Assembly (NCBI RefSeq): GCF_026571515.1
Contig: NW_026857081.1
Span: 1-64,000 of the forward strand
Direction: 5' to 3'
DNA length: 64,000 bases
DNA from: Ruditapes philippinarum
Taxonomy: Eukaryota
Below the pieces are notes generated by a model, which did not search any database, was not told where the DNA came from, and saw only the letters and a program-made list of their open reading frames with translations. The translations under genes and the position numbers were made by a program. Each line of letters opens with the position of its first letter. Position 1 is the first letter of the stretch. Shown here piece by piece: positions 57,001 to 64,000 of the stretch.

Positions 57001-58798
57001 TATCTTTAAAGTACTTATACAATTATACATCTCGCATGTATTTTATCACCTCGGGCAATATAGTTAGCAGCACGTGACCGGAAAAAAGATGACACTCAAT
57101 TAAATGCACCCCGCTTGTGTTAATTGGGTCTACTGCATTCATTATCGATTTTTACACCTTATATAAACACTGTTGGAAGTAAAAAATAATCGCCAGATTT
57201 TGTAGCCAAAATGCAAAAATAATCGCCAATCTTATAAAATAATCGCAAATGGCGACTATGGCGACCGACAGCGTGAGCCCTGAAAATATGCAACCTGACC
57301 AGGATTCGAACCCTGAACCCTCGGAATACTGTTCTGCGGTCTTAACGACTGAGCGGCAATCTCCTGGTTTAGACCCCTTTGTATTTTTCAGGAGTAAAAC
57401 TTGTATATATTACACTAAGGAAAACGGACTGAACCTTATATATATTCCTGGTTTAGACAACGGGGTCTAATCCAGGATATAGCCGACTGAGCTGTGTGGC
57501 CACTTACACATCTTCCCTATAAATAGTGAACTGTGACTAGTGATGTTCCGATTGTCGCAAGTCGCCGATAATCAGTTACTAATATGTAAAGTGACAATAA
57601 TCGATTCACAAAAAATTGTTACGCGACGTCGTCGAAAATATTTAAAGTATCAAAGGGAATTAATTCTGACGGTAATTTTCTTTTAGGAACACCTCGCCGA
57701 TCGCAAAAAAAATCATCTCAGAGACAATTTGGATTTGAACAGGATCAATAAGTGATGTAAACAATAGTAATATAATGTGATGTAAATGTTATTATTTGAC
57801 ATCCATTTCAAAATAAATCTACTTCGTAAAATTATGACTATATAAAGTTAAAACTGTGTTGAAAAGTGCTAAATGAAGTTCATGTAACTGAATATAATAA
57901 AGTGCATCGGGAAGAAATGTTACTTCCCTATTTCTTTTTAACGCGACTTTATTCGAAAAGTTATCGATTATGTCCCATCCGACTGAACCGATGATCGATT
58001 GGGACAAATTCCATCCGATTTCCATCACTAACTGTGACATACTCCCCTGCTATATTGATATTGTCCTCGAATTTCACAGAGTTACATAGTTCTGGCTTCA
58101 AAAACTTTATTTGCCACTTTTTAATATTTTTGTTTTTCATCTGATGCGGCATTAAAGTTTTGGATCAGACACAACCTAACCAGAATAACATAAGTTGATT
58201 TAACCTTATTTTTCTTCATATTTGTTAGCAAAAGACCACATGTCAATGTTGGCGGTTAAATCTACTGTTATTCAAATAAAAATCTGGGGAGATCTGTAAG
58301 TGTATGGCTGCACCGGGAAGACTTTCATCCTAAAAATGTCTCTACTGGTCGGGGACCATCAACCAGACACTTTTTGAACATTTTTCTGTACAGATTTGAT
58401 AATTTTTAACCTAGAGACCTAAACATTTGACACAGTTCAGCTAGGTTCTTGTCCTAACTAACAAACAAGTTTGTTTATTTCTGATTGCATTGACACTTAT
58501 ATCCGAGACTCGACAAGGAAAGTATCAAAATTACCTAAATTGTCTACACTACAGTACCATGTGTCCGGACAGATATGTACACAACATGATTTAATTCAGA
58601 TTAAAGCTTGGGTGTATTGATTTTGATTTTTAACATGATAAAACAATATTTCAGCAACAAATGCTGAAGGTTTAGATATTCCATTGTTTACTCTGCAAAT
58701 GATTATATAGCTGGTATATGAGGTCAGACATTGCTTTCTTGACCCCCAAATTTCAACGTCAACATTTTTGAAATAGACATTAAAATATTACCATTTAA

Positions 58799-59424
58799 CC
58801 CATTACTTCATGAGCATTTTGTGAAAAATGGCTGTTTTCATTGAAAAGTCTCCCGTTAAAAGTTCAGATTGCTATAATACTATAAAATCTGCTTCAACAC
58901 TAATCAAACTTGGCACAAATGTTGACTGGACAATTGCCCTTGCAACAACATGCTCAGGCTTAAATTTTCTGTTACCATGGCAACTAGGGGACATCTCAAA
59001 ATTGCCAAAAATCACTATTTTGCGTTGATTTTTTCCATGAAAATTGATTTCAAAGTGCTGCAACTTCTCAATGGATTGAGATAGAGTCAAATGTTTTTCA
59101 GCGTTGGTTACACGTTACCTTATGATCAATCTGGGGTCATTTACAGCCTCTCACAAGTCCAAAATTTTCTTGGCGATGAGGGGGACTCTGCCCCCCCTTC
59201 AAACCCCCCAAACAGAAGGGGTCACATCCCCCTTTTGGCAACCCCCTGATGTATCTTTTGGTTGGGGGGCCGCGCCGAAAAAGAGGTCACTTTTTTTAAC
59301 TACATTTCTCAAACAAAAACAAGTGTTTGGGGCCTAAATAAGGCATTTTTTCATCATTTTGAGACAACAAAAAGGGGGGGGGGGGTGAAAAAGGCGTTAA
59401 AAGGCATGTATATGAAGTAATGGG
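58799..59424. mobile_element. piggyBac-type MITE
   Basis: Perfect 13-bp TIR CCCATTACTTCAT / ATGAAGTAATGGG flanked on both sides by TTAA (58795-58798 and 59425-59428). Confidence 0.85.
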
Positions 59425-60371
59425 TTAAGGAGGTTGAAATAAAAATATTAACTTAAATTTAGAATAAACATGCATTTATTGTTGATTAAAAAGTGACTGA
59501 CAACCACTGAACAAAGAAAATAATAAATTAAGCATTTTAGGGGCCGTCCGTTTGGTGGTTGTCCGGTTTTGGTGGTCCTCAACCAGTAAATAGCAAGTAT
59601 TATTTAAAAAAAAACCTTAGCTTTTTGGTTAAGAACAAGAAAGACAGAATGTTGAATTAAAGAAAAAAATATCTGAAAATATGACTGTGTATGAAGAAAG
59701 AAATGCAGTGTTTGATGTAAGTGGTAGTTTATAGTTTTTTTTTTACCAAGAAAAAGAAAAGAAAAAAAGTTGCCCCATACACTGGAATTCCCCCTGCTGA
59801 GTGTAGACACCCTTCTATACGAAATTGGATTGAGGGGCCCGAGAACTGTCACTATTTAGGGTAGATGTTGTAAGCGGCTAGATATGTAAGTCGATAGAGC
59901 CACTGAGAGTATTCCAAGGATCCCAGGTTCAAGTCCCAGTCAGGCTGCACATTTTCTCACCCATTGACAGTTTTATGAATTTGTAACTAATATTACATGT
60001 TTGTAACTTTATCTCAGATTCTGCTTGTGTGAAATGTCTGTAAAATGAAATGTTACTGATACAGGATTTACTTTGATATTTAAAACTTATATCCTATTTT
60101 CTTTTTGCTTTGCAAACATTTCTCAAGACATTGGGAGATAACAAACATTGTGTTGATTGAATTGTCAACAATGTTACTGTCATGTATATGATATTCAGAA
60201 TCTACTTTATATTTACATTACTAAGAGTAAGATATATATTTAGGGTAGAATTTCTTATAAAAATCTTTATTGCATCAGATAGACGGGCCAAGTTTTTTTC
60301 CATTGCATCAGCTCTACTGTTGTTGAATTGTTGATAACAAATTTAATTACAGATATATATACAGTGAGTAA

Positions 60372-61300
<929 letters not shown>

Positions 61301-61484
61301 GTAAGTTTCAATACACCAGTACTTGTAGATATGTAAGGTATTGTCTATGTCTTGAAATTGAAACATATTAAGGGATATGATTGTGACCTGTTTAAACTTC
61401 TCCATAATAAAATCTAAAAAGAAATAAAGACTTGGAAAGGCACTTTACAAAACAAAAAACAGTTTCGAAATTCCTCTGTAAGGT

Positions 61485-62505
61485 TTTTATGCCCCCACAA
61501 TGTGGGAGCATATAGCGTTGCACTTGTCCGTTCGTCCGTCAATACGTCTGTCCGTCAGTCCGTCCGTCCGTACGTCCCGAAATCTTGTGAACGCAACTCC
61601 TGTTAAACCGGATGGCAGATTTTGCTTAAACTTACAGGGATGAACAACCTTAATGTGTAGATGGTAGTAATGGAAGGAATTATCGCTGCGACCAAATTTA
61701 ACAGAATTATGGCCCTTTGTTGATTTTTTCACTAGATACTATGTAGAAATTTTGTGAACGCAACTCCTCTTAAACCGGATGGCAGATTTTGCTTAAACTT
61801 ACAGGGATGAACAACCTTAATTTGTAGATGGTAGTAAAGGAAGGAATTTTTGCTGCGACCAAATTTAACAGAATTATGGCCCTTTGTTAATTTTTTCACT
61901 ATATACTATGTAGAAATTTTGTGAACGCAACTCCTCTTAAACCGGATGGCAGATTTTGCTTAAATTTACAGGGATGAACAACCTTAATGTGTAGATGGTA
62001 GTAAAGGAAGGAATTTTTGCTGCGACCAAATTTAACAGAATTATGGCCCTTTGTTGATTTTTTCACTATATACTATGTAGAAATTTTGTGAACGCAACTC
62101 CTCTTAAACAGGATGGCAGATTTTGCTTAAACTTACAGGGATGAACAACCTTAAGGTGTAGATAGTAGTAAAGGAAAGAATTTTTGCTGCAACCAAATTT
62201 TACAGAATTATGGCCCTTTGTTGATTTTTTCACTATATACTATGTAGAAATTTTGTGAATGCAACTCCTCTTAAACCGGATGGCAGATTTTGCTTAAACT
62301 TCCAGGGATGAACAACCTTAATGTGTAGATGGTAGTAAAGGAAGGAATTTTGGTGCGACCAAATTTAACAGAATTACGGCCCTTTGTTGATTTTTCGTTT
62401 TCAACTTGTGGCACATGTTGTCCAAAAAATATTTGACCTTGAGTCATAAGATGATAGAACAGTGGCGTGTGGGGGCATCCGTGTCCTATGGACACATTTC
62501 TAGTT
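61485..62505. mobile_element. HINE-like element with a 167-bp satellite array in an eIF2a intron
   Basis: gtgaacgcaactcc at ~61587, 61754, 61921, 62088 and 62255; (GTCC)n microsatellite; subterminal atgccccca/tgggggcat inverted repeat and a 3' hairpin. Confidence 0.85.
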
Positions 62506-62762
62506 TCTATTCCAGTAAAGTCTGCTTATCAAGTAATAATAAAAAGAACTATGATGAATTTTATAGTATAGAAAAAAATCTGATGACTTTTTAGCAGGTG
62601 AATATATAATGTGAGTACTGGAAAAAATATTTCAGTGCATATCACATCATATTTTCTAAAGAAAAATTATTTACTTCAAACTTGAAATATTTGTTGACTA
62701 CAAGGGCATGTAAGTGTGCTTAGCACATTTGCAGAATTATACCCCCTTCTCTTTGTTGATTT

Positions 62763-63600
62763 TATTATTCCCCACCGAAAATTTTCGGCGGAGGATATAG
62801 AAATAGTCTCCGTCCGTCCTTCCGTCCGACATTTTTGTCCGGAGCATATCTCTAAAAGTATTTGAGTTATCAACTTGAAACTTCATAGGTGGATAGACCT
62901 CATTGAGGAGGAGTGCAGTGCACAAGAATGATAACTCTACCTTGCATGATTTTTGAGTTATTGCCCTTTGTTATTTTTCAAAATTGATTTTTTGTCCAGA
63001 GCATAACTCCAAAAGCCTATGAGATATTAACATGAAACTTCATAGATCATAGATCTCACTCAGGAGGTGTGCAGTGCACAAGAATGATAACTCTACCTTC
63101 ATAATTTTTGAGTTATTGCCCTTTGTTATTTTCATACCTAATTTTTCACCTGAGTGGAGCATAACTCAAAAAGTGTTTGAGATATCAACATGAAATGTCA
63201 TAGGTGGATAGATCTTATTGAGGAGGATGTTGTGCGCAAGAATGATAACTCTTCCCTATACAATTTTTGAGTTATTGCCCTTTGTTTTTTTTCATGCTAT
63301 TTTGTCCAGAGCTTATCTCAAAAAGTATTTGAGGTATCAACTTGAAACTTCAAAGGTGGATGGATCTCATTGAGGAGGAGTGCAGTGCTTAAGAATGATA
63401 ACCTTACCCTGCATTATTTTTGAGTTATTGCCCTTTGTTATTTTTCAAAATAAATTTTTGTCCAGAGCATAACTCAAAAAGCCTTTGAGATATCAAAATG
63501 AAACTTCATAGGTGCATAGATCTCACTCAGGAGGTGTGCACTGCACAAGAATGATAACTCTACCTTTTATAATTTTTGAGTTATTGCCCTTTGATATTTT
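62763..63600. mobile_element. HINE-like element with ~157-bp units, interrupted at 63600 by another element
   Basis: 5' palindrome ccgaaaattttcgg, (TCCG)n, and repeated gagttattgccctttg. Confidence 0.8.
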
Positions 63601-64000
63601 TAGTCCCCTACCGGTTTACCGGAGGGGACTTTAGGTTTACCCTCCGTCCGTCTGTCCGTCCGTCAATCCGTCCGTCTGTCCGTCCGTCAGTCCGTCCGTC
63701 CACAAAACTGGATCCCGCGATAACGCAAAAAGTACTGAAAATATTTTAATGAAACTTGATATATGGATAGATGGCAGTATGGAGATTATGCACGTCTTTT
63801 TCTTTTCTTCCTATGTTGAAAAGTCTGGTTGCTATGGCAACAAATAGACTGAAAATATGGCAAATTTTACACATAACCTGGATCCCGCGATAACGCAAAA
63901 AGTACTGAAAATATTTTTATGAAACTTGATATATATGGATAGATGGCAGTATGGAGATTATGCACGTCTTTTTCTTTTCTTCCTATGTTGAAAATTCTGG
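63601..64000 (+). mobile_element. HINE-like element, same family as 1-731
   Basis: tagtcccctaccggtttaccggaggggactttagg + (GTCC)n + 171-bp units; inserted in a T run. Confidence 0.85.

Noticed and set aside
61560-62400. Regular arrays resembling CRISPR (also 150-640, 10043-10795, 16425-18250)
   Set aside because: Whole units repeat with no unique spacers, there are no cas genes, and the context is eukaryotic introns; these are satellites in HINE-like elements.

Overview
AT-rich eukaryotic (animal) genomic DNA with spliceosomal introns. The repeat content (Helentron-type elements carrying ~140-171-bp satellite arrays, tRNA-derived SINEs) and the gene families (C1qDC, expanded MEGF/CED-1-like receptors) suggest a bivalve mollusc such as an oyster; this is inference. 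From left to right: (1) ~0.7-5.0 kb, the structural module and probable end of an endogenous Polinton/adintovirus-like dsDNA virus. It has a double-jelly-roll major capsid gene cut by a Helentron-type insertion, a penton-like minor capsid gene and two predicted membrane proteins, all tightly packed and starting with TAAAA(A)ATG. (2) 7.5-11 kb, an isolated 5-exon piece of a poly(A) polymerase gene. (3) 5.4-47 kb, a birth-and-death cluster of single-pass EGF-repeat receptors: three apparently complete genes and three remnants. The EGF array sits in one giant exon, and the divergent cytoplasmic tails keep IYDEI and a C-terminal YLH[PA][IV]x motif. One tail carries a duplicated ITAM-like/ITIM-like/SH3-ligand cassette. 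A C1q-domain gene with an internal stop lies inside the cluster, and one dispersed repeat recurs at the cluster's breakpoints. (4) 49.5-54.6 kb, a ~2.56-kb tandem duplication that runs into probably low-quality, homopolymer-distorted sequence. (5) 60.4 kb onward, the 5' coding exons of eIF2-alpha. Exon boundaries were read by eye and may be off by a few bases.
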